NCBI RefSeq assembly: GCF_009914755.1
Contig: NC_060944.1
Reading direction: 5' to 3' (one strand)
Length of the DNA: 64,000 nt
Source: the human T2T-CHM13v2.0 reference genome, Homo sapiens
The notes beneath the pieces are model-generated. The model ran no database searches and was not told the DNA's origin. It saw only the letters and a program-made list of their open reading frames with translations. The translations under genes and the position numbers were made by a program. This document shows, piece after piece, positions 15,070 through 30,293 of the stretch (the stretch's first letter is position 1; every line of letters starts with the position of its first letter).

Positions 15070-17290
15070 CACTCTTTTATTAGAATTGTCCTGCCTGAAA
15101 TGCAGTGCTACAACTTACATGGAGAGGAAGATGGCAATATCTAGGAAGACAAGGATGGATTTATTCTTCTACTTGACAATCACTTCTATGACTCTAAGCC
15201 AAAAGTAATAACTAAAATACAAAAAGTGGTTTGAACAAAGCAATTTAATGCAGCATTTTTTTAATAACTAATGAATTGATATAGTCTAAATGCCTATTAA
15301 CAGGGTACTTGTTAAATAACTTGTGGTATATCCACAAAATGGAGTAATAGAAAAAAGAATGAGAAAGATGTCTCTCTTAGGCTACCTAGGATAACCGTAG
15401 TCAATAATGAAAAATTTTCTTTGGATAGTGCATTGGCTAATGAATAAGTAAAGAATGACGGATTTAGAATATCGTCATATGGCAACACCTAATGAATTAA
15501 CAGATTTAGACAAGAATCATCTAGTGGCAACCAGTTATGTTCCTCCCCAATGTGAATTATTTTGTGTCCTCCCCTCGGTCACTACCCCCACAATTGAATT
15601 TGAATCTAATCAAGACTTTAGATCTAAATACCAATTTTCAGAAAATCTTTAGGACATTTGGACTTGTAAAAAAACACCACAGGGTTATAATCAGCAAAAT
15701 TCAGATTGCGAGAAGCTCTATTGGATAGTGCACCAGTTTATTCAATAAATTATTTGAAACAGGAGAAAGAGAAAAAGAGAGAGAGGGAGGACATAGCTGA
15801 TTAGTTCTGGTTCCACTAGGAGGGAGTAGTCCCTTTCCTTTTCAGATCTCCCCTTCACAACTAAAATATCCCAAACATAACGTAACAGACAGTACAGGAA
15901 TTCTCTAGAAAATGGAAAGATGAAGGTGGTGGGCTATATGGGGACAGCAGAAATTGAAGAATGACACAGAGGTGAGTTCTCTGGGTTTCCTTATTGTCTC
16001 CCAAGTGCACAGCCAGGACACTACAAAAGTCTCCAACCTGGAAACACCAATGGTCAAAAATGTAAAACAGAAAGCTCTAAGAACTCTCCTCCTAGCCAGA
16101 GGACTGAAAAGGGGTGGCCTAATAATAGAAAAAACTTTTTGACAAATGCTCCCCTACCAAAACTGAACACCAATGGGAAAACTGCTTCTCCATCCTCACC
16201 ACCATGGTTTTAGGCTGGCTGTGCAGGAAGTTAATGTTTAATCCCCAGCCTCCTGCCCCAGAGAAGCAGGTTGCAAGCTCCAATACCACCCCCTGCCCCC
16301 CCTCCTCCCACCACCACACCCCCTTGTTGTGTTGGAGGGTTGAGTCAAGATCTTGATTTTCTATCCCTAGCCTAGAGGAACCAGGCAGTATGATCTGATC
16401 CAGTTTTTCTGCTGGGGTAGTGTCAGTGGGATTCAACTGCTTTGAGAGAGGTAGGGTGAAGGCCAGGTTGAGGGAGTAGGAGGTGGTACAATGATCATAA
16501 CAGTGCAGAATCTTCTAGACTGAGTGGGGAGCTGGTCTTCCCTGGAGAAAGAGCAGAAATAATAACAGGAAAAGAATAGTAACTCCAAAAAGGATAAATG
16601 GACGTCACAATGGGTAGAAACACAAGTAGGTATCATAGACTTATTTCTCAGTATCCTGCTTCTCTTGAGTTTCTTAAATCATATTTGACGATTGAAGAAA
16701 AGTGTCATCTATTATGTGGAACTCAATGTATACAAAAGAAACAGTTAAGATAATTATATTAAAAAGCTAAAAGGATAAGGAGACCAAATGAAAATTATGT
16801 TGCTACATTTCACTTGAAGCGGTAAAACTTCAATATCAGTAGACAATGATGTTACATGTATGTGTGTATATACAAAAAAAATTGATAAACCTCTATTAAA
16901 ACTGACAAAAATAAAAAGCTAAAAGACATACATCACCAATACCAGAAATGAAAGAGATGGTATCATTTCAGATCTTACAACCATTGAAAATATAGTCAAG
17001 AAATACAATATGACAATAAAGAGATTTTACAATTTTGATAAAATGGACCAGTTTCTCAAAAAGCATCAAGTATTACAACTCATCTAATATGACATAGATA
17101 ATGTAATTGTCCTATAATTATTAGGGAAATTTAATTTGTAATTGAAAAACTGAAGTGAAAAAAATATTTGGGGTACTGTAGTTTCCCTGGACAATTCTAC
17201 TTAACATTTTAAATAGAATTAGCATAAATTCTACACAATTTTTTTTTCAGAAAATAGAAAAGGCAGAGACATTTCCCAACTTATTTTATG
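15070..17290 (+). mobile_element. Cluster of ancient L1M (L1MC/MD/ME-type) fragments, including an old 5' region at about 15800-16600
   Basis: Degenerate L1 3' motifs (ttgtggtatatccacaaaatggag), an old L1 5'-end motif (ggtgagttctctgggtttcc) and ORF2-like sequence (aaatggaccagtttctcaaaaag, ttcccaacttattttatgaggc). Confidence 0.55.
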
Positions 17291-17573
17291 AGGCTAGCCT
17301 TCTTGCTGTCCCCTTCTATGGCCACAGGACCATTCTTATGTGTACATGCAGAGACAGAAGAAAGAGAGAGAGAGCTAGACAGAGAGAGAGGGAGGGAGAG
17401 GCTTTCCGACATCTCTTCTTATGTTGGCACTAATGCATTCCAGTTTGGGCTTCATCCTTATGACCTTATTCAACCCTAATTCCTTAGAGGCACTATCTCC
17501 AAATACAGTCACTCTAGGGGATAAGGCTTCAACCTACTTTTGGGTTAGGAACAGAAACATTCAAACTGTAACA
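17290..17573 (-). mobile_element. MLT1A/A0 MaLR LTR (partial)
   Basis: catccttatgaccttattcaaccctaat...tatctccaaatacagtcactctaggggataaggcttcaac...cattcaaactgtaaca. Confidence 0.75.
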
Positions 17574-17818
17574 GCAACATACAAAGATTATACAAAAACC
17601 AGAAAATTTAACACTAAAAACTAGAAAATGGGCAAAAGACATGAACAAACATTTTTTGTATGAATAAGCACATGAAAAGATGCTTAACATCGTTAACCTT
17701 TAGAGAAATACACATTAAATCCACAGGAGATAGCACTGAAACCTACAATTAGAATGTTTAAAATAACATTAAACTGAACAAAAACAACTCACCCATGAGC
17801 TGGGTTTCCCTCTTTTAG

Positions 17819-17875
17819 AAGTATGGACCAAGAGGTCCAGAGCCTACGTCTCAAGAGGGATTGCTTTTTGGACTG
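17819..17875 (+). other. Candidate 57-nt spliced exon (unconfirmed)
   Basis: Branch-like ctcac (about 17788-17792), tttccctcttttAG acceptor with NAGNAG, and CTG|GTAAGT donor. Confidence 0.25.
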
Positions 17876-19284
17876 GTAAGTCTACGTGGCGCCATGCTGG
17901 AATCTCCATTTGGATGTCATTTGTGTCTATGGTCGAGTGAAAGATGTGCCTATGGAGAGAAGTGAAAACACAAGCGAATGTGTTCCCTGTTGGTTAGAAA
18001 GTAGGGTGGTGTGAGAGTGCTGGTGCCTTGGCCCTTGGCACCTTTCTAAATTCCAATTCCAATATCTGATAAATCCTGGAAGTACTTGCTGTCTGTTAGT
18101 GTCAAGTGGCGTTAACATAAATCTCCCTTCAGTTAGTATGAGTGGGTTTATATCTTAACTAGTGACCCCCTGACTTGAGCAGTCCATTCAACACCCTCTT
18201 GGCTCCCCCTCTTCTTCCTTCCCTGCTCCTACTTTCTCATTCTGGATTCTTCTCTTTAACATCCTGAGGAGAACATCAGAATACTTGGGATCATTAACAT
18301 AGGTGCATATAAATAACATTCATTCAGCGCAGGTGAACTTACCTTGAGTACAGCTTGAAAGTTTTCATGAACAGTAAAAAAAGCTAACTATTTCCTAATG
18401 GAAATAAATACCAAATCCAGAGGAAAGTAAAGTATTACTCATGAAATCACTTTATAGGAGTAAATGTAAAGTGTCTAATGAAATTCATAATATACCATAT
18501 TCAGTGCCTGTGTCTATTGCATATACTAATTTTGATTGTATTGAATAATAAAAAGTTTAAAATAATATCATGTAGCAAGTAAAATAGAAAATGAAAAACT
18601 TTTTGTTGATCTAATGTTTATGCCCAAAAAACTAAGCCTATATCCCTGCCTATTACATTCTCGACTTAGCCAATAAATTAACACTATTTTTTTGTTTATC
18701 TATAACTAGACCTAGATGATTTACATGGGGAAAAAAGCTGACAATCCAATTGGTTGGTGTTACATGTTGCAGATGACTAGGTTTGATCTCAATTTCTTAC
18801 TTTTCATTTTGGCTTTTACTGAAATAAAAAATTTCTGAATATTTCATATAGTAAAATATAAGAACTGGAGGTTTAAACTCTTCATAACAATAAAATCACT
18901 TTTTAAAAAGTTATTTTTTCTTTCAGGTTATACTGTAATTATGATGAAATTTGGAATTTTCTATTTTCATATAAACAAAAATTTCAATGTATACAGTTAG
19001 TTAATATAAGGAATTAAATGCAATAGCTTTGTACGAGTGCATTTGGCAGGGTTTTTTTCTGACTTTTATTATAGTGGAGATAGTCCAAGAAACTGTAAAA
19101 GTAACAACTGGATTTCTTCTCTTAATATGTTGCTAAGATACAAATGAAAGTGCATGTAATACAAAACTGTCTGCCCCTAAGATACTTTGATATGTGAGAA
19201 AAGAGTCTTCACAATAACTCCAGTAAATTAATACATGTGCAGACTTCAGGACATTATGTTATAGCTTAGTTTAATTTCATTTCA

Positions 19285-19574
<290 letters not shown>

Positions 19575-20385
19575 GAAGACTATTAGGGGTAGTATATGTA
19601 ACGGATCTTTGCGATTTTTTATGAATATAATATAAATTAATAAATGAGCAAAAGTCTAAGCTTAAAGTCTAAGCTTTAAATGGTATATGGACAGTTAAGT
19701 AAAAGCAAAAGAAATCTAAGTTTATTTTGGTTTGTTCTGTTGATCTTTTATATAATGTGAATGTGAGAGATTTCTAGAGTTACAACAAGCATTAAATTCA
19801 GTGTGTGTGTGGGGTACTTTTATCATACACTGATGCTGCAAGCTTAAAAATAAAGCAAATTTATGCATTAGCCTTTGAAAATGAAAACCTACATTCAAAT
19901 TTTCTGTACAAATTTAACTTTAGTATATTTTAAAGAAAATAATGTTAGTAAAAGCCACTTCCTGGCTAGGAAGGAAGATGTTGATGTAATTACAATATTA
20001 CTAAAGCACCCAAAGATATGTAATACCAGAGAAAGAAGATTATAGAAATAGAAAATGGGGATTGAATAGACCAGCTTTTCAGAATCCTCTTGGGAGAAAG
20101 TGAATTCACACTCTTGTTATTTCCTGATTATTTAGAGATGAACATCCCATTCCCATGGGTCAGACCTAGGGTGCAAAAGGTTGCTTGTAAATTGCTTTGG
20201 GTGAAACTCCATTTACCAGTCTTTTCATACAGCAAAATCAGATTGATACTGAATTAAAAGGCAGTTCTGGGGAGGAAAAGAGGGCACAAAACAGAACAGC
20301 CAATTGTCTCAGAAGAAATGAGGTAGAATACAAAAGCACATGCTAAGTTAATGATGGACAGGACTGGCAGAGAGGGGAGTGGGCT

Positions 20386-20707
20386 TGTGTTGGTCCATTT
20401 GTGCTGCCATAACAAAATACCAGAGACTGGGAAATTTTAAGAGAGTGGGAAAATACCAGAGGCTGGGAAGTCCAAGGTCAAGGCATCAGCAGCTGGTGTC
20501 TGGTGAAGGTTTTTATGCTGCTTCTAGTAGAATGTGAAAGGGTGAGCCTGGTGAACCAACACTGTGGGAAGCCTCTTTTATAAGAGCTTTAATCCCATTC
20601 ATGATCAGGAGCCTTCATAGCCTAATCACCTCTTAAAGGCCCGAGCTTTTAAAGCTGTCACATTGGCAACATGTGAGTTTTAGAAGGGACACATCCAAAC
20701 CATAGCA
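20386..20707 (-). mobile_element. MSTC-like MaLR solo LTR
   Basis: tgtgttggtccatttgtgctgccataacaaaatacc ... cctaatcacctcttaaaggcc ... catccaaaccatagca. 5-bp TSD gggct/gagct. Confidence 0.85.
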
Positions 20708-21365
20708 GAGCTATATTCTCTCTAAAGGCAATGTGTGTAAGCCACTAATCCATTTTATAGCTATCACAAAGATAGATGCATTCTTTACAATTCTTTACAA
20801 AGTCTTCACCAATATAATCAATGCATTTATATAAACAATTTGTAGACAAGATAATTGCTGTATTTTATAAAAGACACACTTATTTATTCAACACATATGT
20901 ATTAATTCTCCGTTCTAGGCAGTGTGGATATAGCAATGAAGACAAAAATTGGTGTCCTTTTGTAGCTGATAGGGGGAGAAAGGCAATAAATAAAACAGAG
21001 AAGTGAAATATATAACATGTTACAAAATAGCAAGTGCAGAGGAGAAAAATAAATCAGGATATGTGGATTGGGAATTTTAGGGTGAAAAGTGGTGCAAATT
21101 TTAAGAGTTCTCAAGGCAGAGTTCAATGAGAAAGTGACCTTTGGGTGAAGACCTGGAGACGAAGGGGCAATGTGGGTATTATGCATGGGCTGGGTGAACA
21201 GGATAAAAAGTAGTAGGAGATGGGGTCATTTAGCATTCCACGGGCCTTTCTTAGGGCTTGGGTTTTTTTCCTGAGTGATAAGGGAAGACATTGGGAGGTC
21301 TGGGCTTAGGACTGACATGATGAGACTTAAATAGGGACTCTGACTGCTGTATTAAGAACAGAGTG

Positions 21366-21880
<515 letters not shown>

Positions 21881-21895
21881 TGTTATTATTATTAT

Positions 21896-22234
<339 letters not shown>

Positions 22235-23084
22235 TGATGACAGTTTGGACTAGATTGGTAAAAAGTGGTGAGATAACATTTGAAGATAAAGCAAACAAGA
22301 TTTGCTGACCAACTCGATGTGAGCTTGGAAGTAAAACTAGGGCATCAAAGTTGGGCCCCAGTAGTTAGGAACATGGAGTTACTATTTATCAAGTTGAGGA
22401 GGACATGTTAGGAAAGCAGGTTTGGGAGGCAGGAGGCCAAAACCAAAAATCAGTTTGTATATAATGTTTGAGACATCTTTTACTTGTCCAAATGGAAAGC
22501 TTGAGTAACTGGACACATGTTGGCCCACACAGCTGCTTCCACACAGTGTGTGATACATGAAATGGTAATTCCCATCATGTTTTCATACTTAGCATTAGTT
22601 TTATGTATATTTCCACCACGGTGTTCCAATAGCTAACACCTTCTATTAAAACATTCAGTTTGATTAAAAAATCACATTTAATGCAAAAATGGTTGCTCAA
22701 TATAGTATAAAAATCATCACCTCCAACCAAGGATACAATGAAGAGAGCTGATGGCACTTGCAGCTGCTACCAGAATCCAAGTAGCTCTAGGAATTTTGTG
22801 TGTTATTAACGTAATGACAGCATTTGCAATTATCTATAGCATGCAATTGTAAGTACATATCAACAGTCTTACCAGCTGGATATTTGAACTTACTTTCCAT
22901 TACGAGAAACATTTCCCCATTCCTAAAGTCATTAGAATGGAAGATAATTGTGGCTTATACGCACCTCCTCCTGTGGGCTTAAATTTTAGAATTGTTGATG
23001 TTCTTTTCCTGGTGAATGAGGAAAGCATCTTGTTCTTGTCGGGCTCTTTCCTGTCTCTACCTATAGCTAGTAGAAATAGTATAA

Positions 23085-23674
<590 letters not shown>

Positions 23675-24557
23675 AGGTTTGCATTCTTTACCTCTCTCTT
23701 TCCCCTTTCTACTTCCCAATTGTAATTTTCAGAAGGAAAGGGGAGTACACAGAAAAGCTGAAGAAACTTAAATCAGTATAATTTTCTCTATTTCAGAGAC
23801 CCTTTTAGATGGTTCACCTCTCACTGGTTAAAGAAAGGATGCAGGGTATTGTAGGACAAGCCTAATAACCAGACTGAGATCAGTGTATTATCTGTGGATT
23901 TTAGTTTCCTGGTCCTTTCATTCAATAAAGAATGTTCTTTCTAGTGGCCAGAAGTAAAAGGATTGCATAAAGCTCTACAATTCCCTCTTTAAAACAACTT
24001 ATTTATTTCATGGACTTTGCTATCTATTACCTCTTGCAGAAACCAAACATCTAAAAGCAAGGACTGGAAACAAGAATTGGCAATGTGAAAGGTGCTAACA
24101 GACCTAATTTATTTGAAAAGAGACTGACGACTTCTTTTCTTTTGGATTAAGTTAATGGTGTATTTTTTTTTTTTTATCTGGAAATAGGTTCTGTTGCTGA
24201 TGTTTGGAGGCAGGGCTTCAGGAGATTTTAAATATCTTCAGGAGAGGGAAAGGCTGTGTTAATCAGGGTCACTTGAAATTACTTACTAAATGATTTAGCT
24301 TAGTTTCTTTCAGAAAAGAGAATCAAAAGATTTATAATTCCTTTAGCTACCCTCACTCATTAATACTCACTCTACCAGAGAGCAGCAAGCATTTTGTTCC
24401 CCCACAGTGAAGAGCAATTTCTCATGTTTTGAATGTCAGAGTGACCACTGGGATTTGAATTAAATTCATGTTAAAAACAAATTTTGACATTCGAAGTTAA
24501 CCATCTCAGAAATACATATGAGAGTGACTGATTCTGTTAGCTTATATGCCTTACTCT

Positions 24558-24572
24558 GTATGTGTTTGTGTA

Positions 24573-24604
<32 letters not shown>

Positions 24605-24612
24605 TGTGTATG
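24558..24612. repeat. Imperfect (TG)n microsatellite
   Basis: Seen directly. Confidence 0.95.
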
Positions 24613-25226
24613 AACAGCTAGCTGACAGACAGGTGTCATTTTTGATTATAGAATTAGAAAATCATTTTGCTTACTTTTTTAAATGAAATACTGTTATTCT
24701 TGCATAAAATCTTTCAAATGCAGATATGATAAAAACATCACCTTTAAAAAGACATAGTGTTTGAAAACTTTGATTCTCAGTATCCAAACCTCCAAACCCG
24801 TTTCATTTTCTATAACTCTTCATTTTGAGGCTTTGGTGGGAGGGAGAACCCCATCTCCTATCTGAGAAGCATGAAGAAATCATGTATTTCTTATCCCTTT
24901 CACAGATAGTAAGTGTGGGCCTGTGAATTAGGCTCAAGCAATTGAAGACTCCCTCTTGGGATGCTGAATTTTGAGCAATGAATTCCCTTCACTTCTGTGA
25001 GCCAGTCAATAGTCAGTCAGTAGACACCTTATGCATAGGTAACCAAGAAATGACTTTTGTAACTTGAAACTCAGAAACCTGCCTGATAAAGCATTTGTAG
25101 ATAGTTGCTTTACAATTACTTGTTTGATTACCAAAATAATGCATGCTAAATACAGAAGAAGTATAGCCCAAAAGGCAAATTACTTTAGTTATTACATTCC
25201 AGACTGCCTAGAAACCACCTCTTCTT

Positions 25227-25532
<306 letters not shown>

Positions 25533-26179
25533 ACCACCTCTTCTTAAAGAATTGAAGGTTTATGTTCTTCTCCCCTGATTCTATTTTTAATTGGCTTTAT
25601 GTAATTTTCTTCTCCAATAAATTAACTTTAATAAGGTGAAAGCTATTACGAAAGTATAATTACCAACTAAGAGAATATTTCATTTGTTCTTGGGTTTACC
25701 CACTGTCAATTTTAATAAGATTTTTATTTTCTAAAAGACATACTTGGGAATAAGACTTGTACAATCATGTCCAAGTGGTAAACTGTCCAAGTAACACATA
25801 GTGCTTTTTTGACGAAGAAACAGAACTTTTGGATTACTAAAAAGTATGGTTATGCCATGGATGCACGTTCCTTGACAATGTGCCTAGACTCACAAAATCT
25901 GAAGAAAATAACTATGGGCACAGGTGTTTGTGTAAGTCCAGAATCCTGTAGATATTGATTTAATATCTTATCTGAGTGTTAGAATTTTTCAAATTCCACT
26001 ACAAATTAGAAGAACATGTTAACAAACAGTAATCTCCATCACATAAGTTTTATATCCTGAGTGTTTCATTTCTTGATATGATACACCCTCTGATGCAGTG
26101 CACGAACTCCAATATCTGTCAATATTTGTAGGAGAATGATAATGACGATTATGAAAGCTAACATGTATTGAGCACATAT

Positions 26180-26695
26180 GGTTTAGTTATTGCTGTATAA
26201 CAGAACACCCCAATATTTATTGGATTAAAAACAAAAATTGGGCTAAAAACTCTCATAAATCTACAGGTTGGTTGGGAAGTCCTATATATTTGACTTAGAC
26301 TTGGCAGATTGAGACTGGCTGGGTTGCATATGCCTGTGTGTGTATGGTCAGTTTAAAGCAGTCTGTTGGCTGATTGAAGGCTTGGCTGGGTTCTACTTAC
26401 CTCTCATCTATGTGGTTTCTTATTTACCACAAGGATAAGCTTGGGCTTATTCTCATAGTGGAGGCAGAGTTCCAAGAGAAAACAAAAGCAACAAAACCTC
26501 TTGAGGGCTAGGCTTGGCACTAGTATACCATCATATCTGCCACATTATGTTGGCCAAATCACGGCAATAGGCTATGCCAAATTCTGGGGAAATAGCTGCC
26601 ACAACTTTATGGAAGGAGCTACACAGTCACATGGCACAGGGCATAAATACAGGGTAGAGTAGTGAACTGATGCTACTTATGCAATATTATACCAT
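26180..26695 (-). mobile_element. MLT1H-like MaLR LTR inserted in a MIR (MIR halves at about 26140-26178 and 26697-26800)
   Basis: ttattgctgtataacagaacacccc start; cacattatgttggccaaa and ggaaggagctacacagtcacatggc. Flanks read gctaacatgtattgagcac | tatgtggcaggcac, a split MIR. Confidence 0.7.
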
Positions 26696-27369
26696 AACTT
26701 AGTATGTGGCAGGCACAGCATGAAATACTTTGCACATATTTCATTTAACGATCACAATATATAAAGTCAATATATTAGTAATATTCCTATTTGATGATAA
26801 ATAACATGTAGGTATGGTGGAAAGAAAAGGGAATGCAAACATAACCTAATATATTTGTAGAGAATAGCAAAGGGGCTACTATTTATTATTTTCCAATACT
26901 TTGTATTTCTATTTCTGAGAGTAGACAGTAGAGGAGAAAAGAAAGCAACTTTGACGATGGTAAGTTTTCCTAGTGGTTAAATGTCTGTTAGAATCGTTTG
27001 CAATGCATCTCTGTGCCAAATATATTTAATTAATGGAACTTAATTAAAAATCTGCCTAGTAGCTGTGGTAAGATTCCAGCTTTGGTTAGAGTTGTCAGTT
27101 TGCATTTATTTTGAAATTATAAACATTTCAGCATTTTGGAACAGGCTAACATGAAAACTGCTGTCAGACGGCATATCCATTTAAAATCATGGGACATCCA
27201 CTCCACACCACTTCACCTGAGTCAAGCTCACTGCCAGGTGAGGCTAAGTGCTTTGTGGCCAGACAGCTCTTGCTGGGATTGTTAATGAGTTCTTTTTTAA
27301 GGTTGAGGCAAAATATGCCTTACTAATAATTCTGCCCATCGATAATCTCCATAATCACCCTATATGGTA

Positions 27370-27604
27370 GAATATTTCTCATCATTTTCTATTTATTTAC
27401 CTCGCTTTATTTGTCTTAATACTATCTCTCATGGCCTTACATTTTGTTATAATTATTTTGGTTTACTTGTATATCATGGTCTACCCACTAGAATTTGAAC
27501 TCCATGAGGTCAGGGCTTGATTTTGTTCACTGCTGCATTTCCAGTGCCAAAAATAGTGCCAAGCACTTAGTAAGTATTCAATAAACATTGCCGAATACAT
27601 GAAT
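27370..27604 (+). mobile_element. L2 3' end
   Basis: ctccatgaggtcagggcttgattttgttcactgctgcatttccagtgcc...ttcaataaacattgccgaatacatgaat. Confidence 0.85.
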
Positions 27605-29689
27605 GCCCCTTCCCAGTACTTTATTCCTTATTAGATAGGATATTGTGTCACTATTCAATGTGTGTGAGTTCCACAAATGTAAGAATGCTGCCTTTTGCAT
27701 GTTTAACAAAATTGCTGAAAGAATGTTGAATAACATCCAGCCATGACTAGAACAATATGGAAGGTGCAGAAGCTCCTATTACTGAGATATCGGGCAAATC
27801 AACATGATTTGGGTCATTATTCGAAGTTGTGACTCTCGTTCTGTGCCTTAATCCAGGCTATATTTCCCCCATGATTGTATAGAGGTAAAATCTAATTTAA
27901 ATTAGCTAAGACATGATTGAAGATAGTAACGTGTATAAATAAGGAATCCAAAGGATTCATGGACCACAATGAGGTTTAAAAATAAAGACATCCACGGAGG
28001 AAAATGACAAACGTTCATCCTGGAGAAAGGATGGTAACATCTTTTTGTCTGAGAGAAGCTATGTCTCATTCTGAAGGTAAGTCCATCAGGCAATGTGAGC
28101 TATTAAACGGAATCTTGTGATTTTTCTGCTTTGGGCATAGCTGCTGACAGGGAAAGGACATGCAGTGAAGCCGATGCTAAAATTCTGTCTCCTTGAAAAT
28201 TTTATTTCTCATTTGAATCCAAACATTGCCATTCCGGCAAAGCCCAGTAGTCTCTTGGAGGCTTGTTGGTACGATGCAGTAACCCCTAGTCAAATCAGTT
28301 TCAAGGCAGTGGCACGAGCATGTGTCTGAGCTTGGACGGTGGAGAGACAGTTTGGGCTGGGTGGAATTCATCAGTTTGGATAGTCAAGTAGCCTTCCCCA
28401 GGGGGAGGTAGTGACCCTTCTGCTGAGAGTGCCATGCCTGGAATGTGTACGTGAGTCCAATGAGAAGGCACATTATACCTATTCCTAAAGTAAACCTTCG
28501 GGACATTTCCATCTAGATGTCTGACTATATTGTGTTTTGTTTTTGTTTTTCAAAGCAAACACATGCAAAAACAAAGTGATTGAAAAACTTAGAACAGAAT
28601 AAGTACGTGCCTTGGTCCCAGGACTACCTCCAAATTTACTTCCCAAAATCATTTAAAGTATTCATAAGAGGGGTCATGAATATTTCCTTCTGATTTTTCT
28701 CTGCATTTCTATTTACTGTGAATTATTTCTTGGAATTTAGAAATACGATTTTCCAGTGAGTGAACATAATACAATACTCATCATCTTTACCTTGCATCCT
28801 TCATGCTGTTGCGAAATCTGACTTCCAAACCCTTTACCTGAAGATTCTCGCTGGAAAAACCATTTTGCTTCTTCCTCTCGTTTGCTGCTTTATTTTTCCC
28901 CTTGTATTAAGTGACACAAAAGAGTTGTGATCTGCTCTGGGAAATGAACGCATTACTTGCTTGATGCAATGCACAGGCTTAAACTTTAATGGATTCTGCA
29001 GGTAAGACCAGTTCATAGCCAGAATTCTTTTATCCCACAGTGGTGACAGGAAAAGAGGAGCCAGGGATTTTCAACACTGAAGAATAAGAAATATAGGACA
29101 TTTTGAAAGGGTAAGATGATCTACAAGTTCTAAAATATTTCATTTGCAATTTAAACATGCTCTTATATTCTACAAAGAATACAAATTTTGTAAGATTTTA
29201 AATAATTATACTGACATTTTGGTGCTTTTAAAAGTCACTGGTCATCTATTATTTAGAAAAAATAAAGTGGATTTAGATGTAAAAACATGCTTGAGTGTAT
29301 TCAATATAGTGAGAAGTATTAGTCACTTTTTTCCCTTAGGCTTTAAGTTGAAATAACAAACAGTGGCACATTAGACTATTTTTATAGCTTGTTTATTACA
29401 AAATTAGTATTTCTAATGCTGAAGTCAAGAGTTTTCCCCTCTGATTTTGGTCAATGCTTATGATAAAACTAACTCCAGCACAGTCAACTCACACTTTCAT
29501 TTGTATGCATCAACGCAAGTTGAGCCAACCAATATATCAGCCAATCAATCATTCAATCAATGGCTGATTCTATGTTGTATGCTTGGTATGGCTAGAAGTT
29601 GTGAGTAAAAAACAAAAACCAAAAGGTTAAAATATGATATCACTTCATTATGAGAATCTTATCATTTACTTGTTCCTAGCAAAATCTAA

Positions 29690-29915
29690 GCTTTGAAGCC
29701 AATAGGAAAGGTGGGGAGAGGATGAGGTCTGCCTGGCTCTAGCATTCTTTTGTAAGTGACTTTATCTTGGACAAGAGGTGGGACCACCTAAGGCTCTGCT
29801 TTCTTCTTTATAGAGTTTCCAAATCTGTTGATAAGATTAAATAAAATAATATTATTTAAAAACTAGCTTAGTTCCCGGCATATACATATGCACTCAAAAA
29901 TATGAATTATGAACT
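29690..29915 (+). mobile_element. MIR
   Basis: ttatcttggacaag...ggctctgctttcttctttata...gataagattaaataaaataat. Confidence 0.55.
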
Positions 29916-30240
29916 TTTATTTATGATCTCATTATTAATTTATTGATTGATTCAGCAGACACATATACTATGGCACTGTTTTAGGTACTGGAAGTACAAA
30001 TATGTATCATCCCCTTCCCTCAATGGGTCTATGACAAAATGAAGAAAACCAAAAGCACCGTTGATGAGATAAAAATTATCATTATTCAACTAAGTATACA
30101 TTTATATAAAACTTTTTCTTTGTCTATTCCATATGTCATATGCCTATGTCATAGAGCAATTACAAAAACATAATGGACTGATAAAACTAGACACCAGCAA
30201 TTACTGATTGCTTATTATGTGGCAAATACTTATAGTGTAT

Positions 30241-30293
30241 TAATCAATAAGATTAATCTTAATCAATAAGATTAAGATTAATCTTATTGATTA
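30241..30293. repeat. Tandem plus inverted AT-rich micro-repeat (perfect 20-bp IR, 13-nt spacer)
   Basis: 30241-30260 taatcaataagattaatctt is the reverse complement of 30274-30293. A second direct copy lies at 30260-30275. Confidence 0.95.

Noticed and set aside
19651-19676. 13-bp tandem duplication aaagtctaagctt x2 (also 10-bp at about 20781 and 17-bp at 3054)
   Set aside because: Ordinary slippage duplications with no sign of function.
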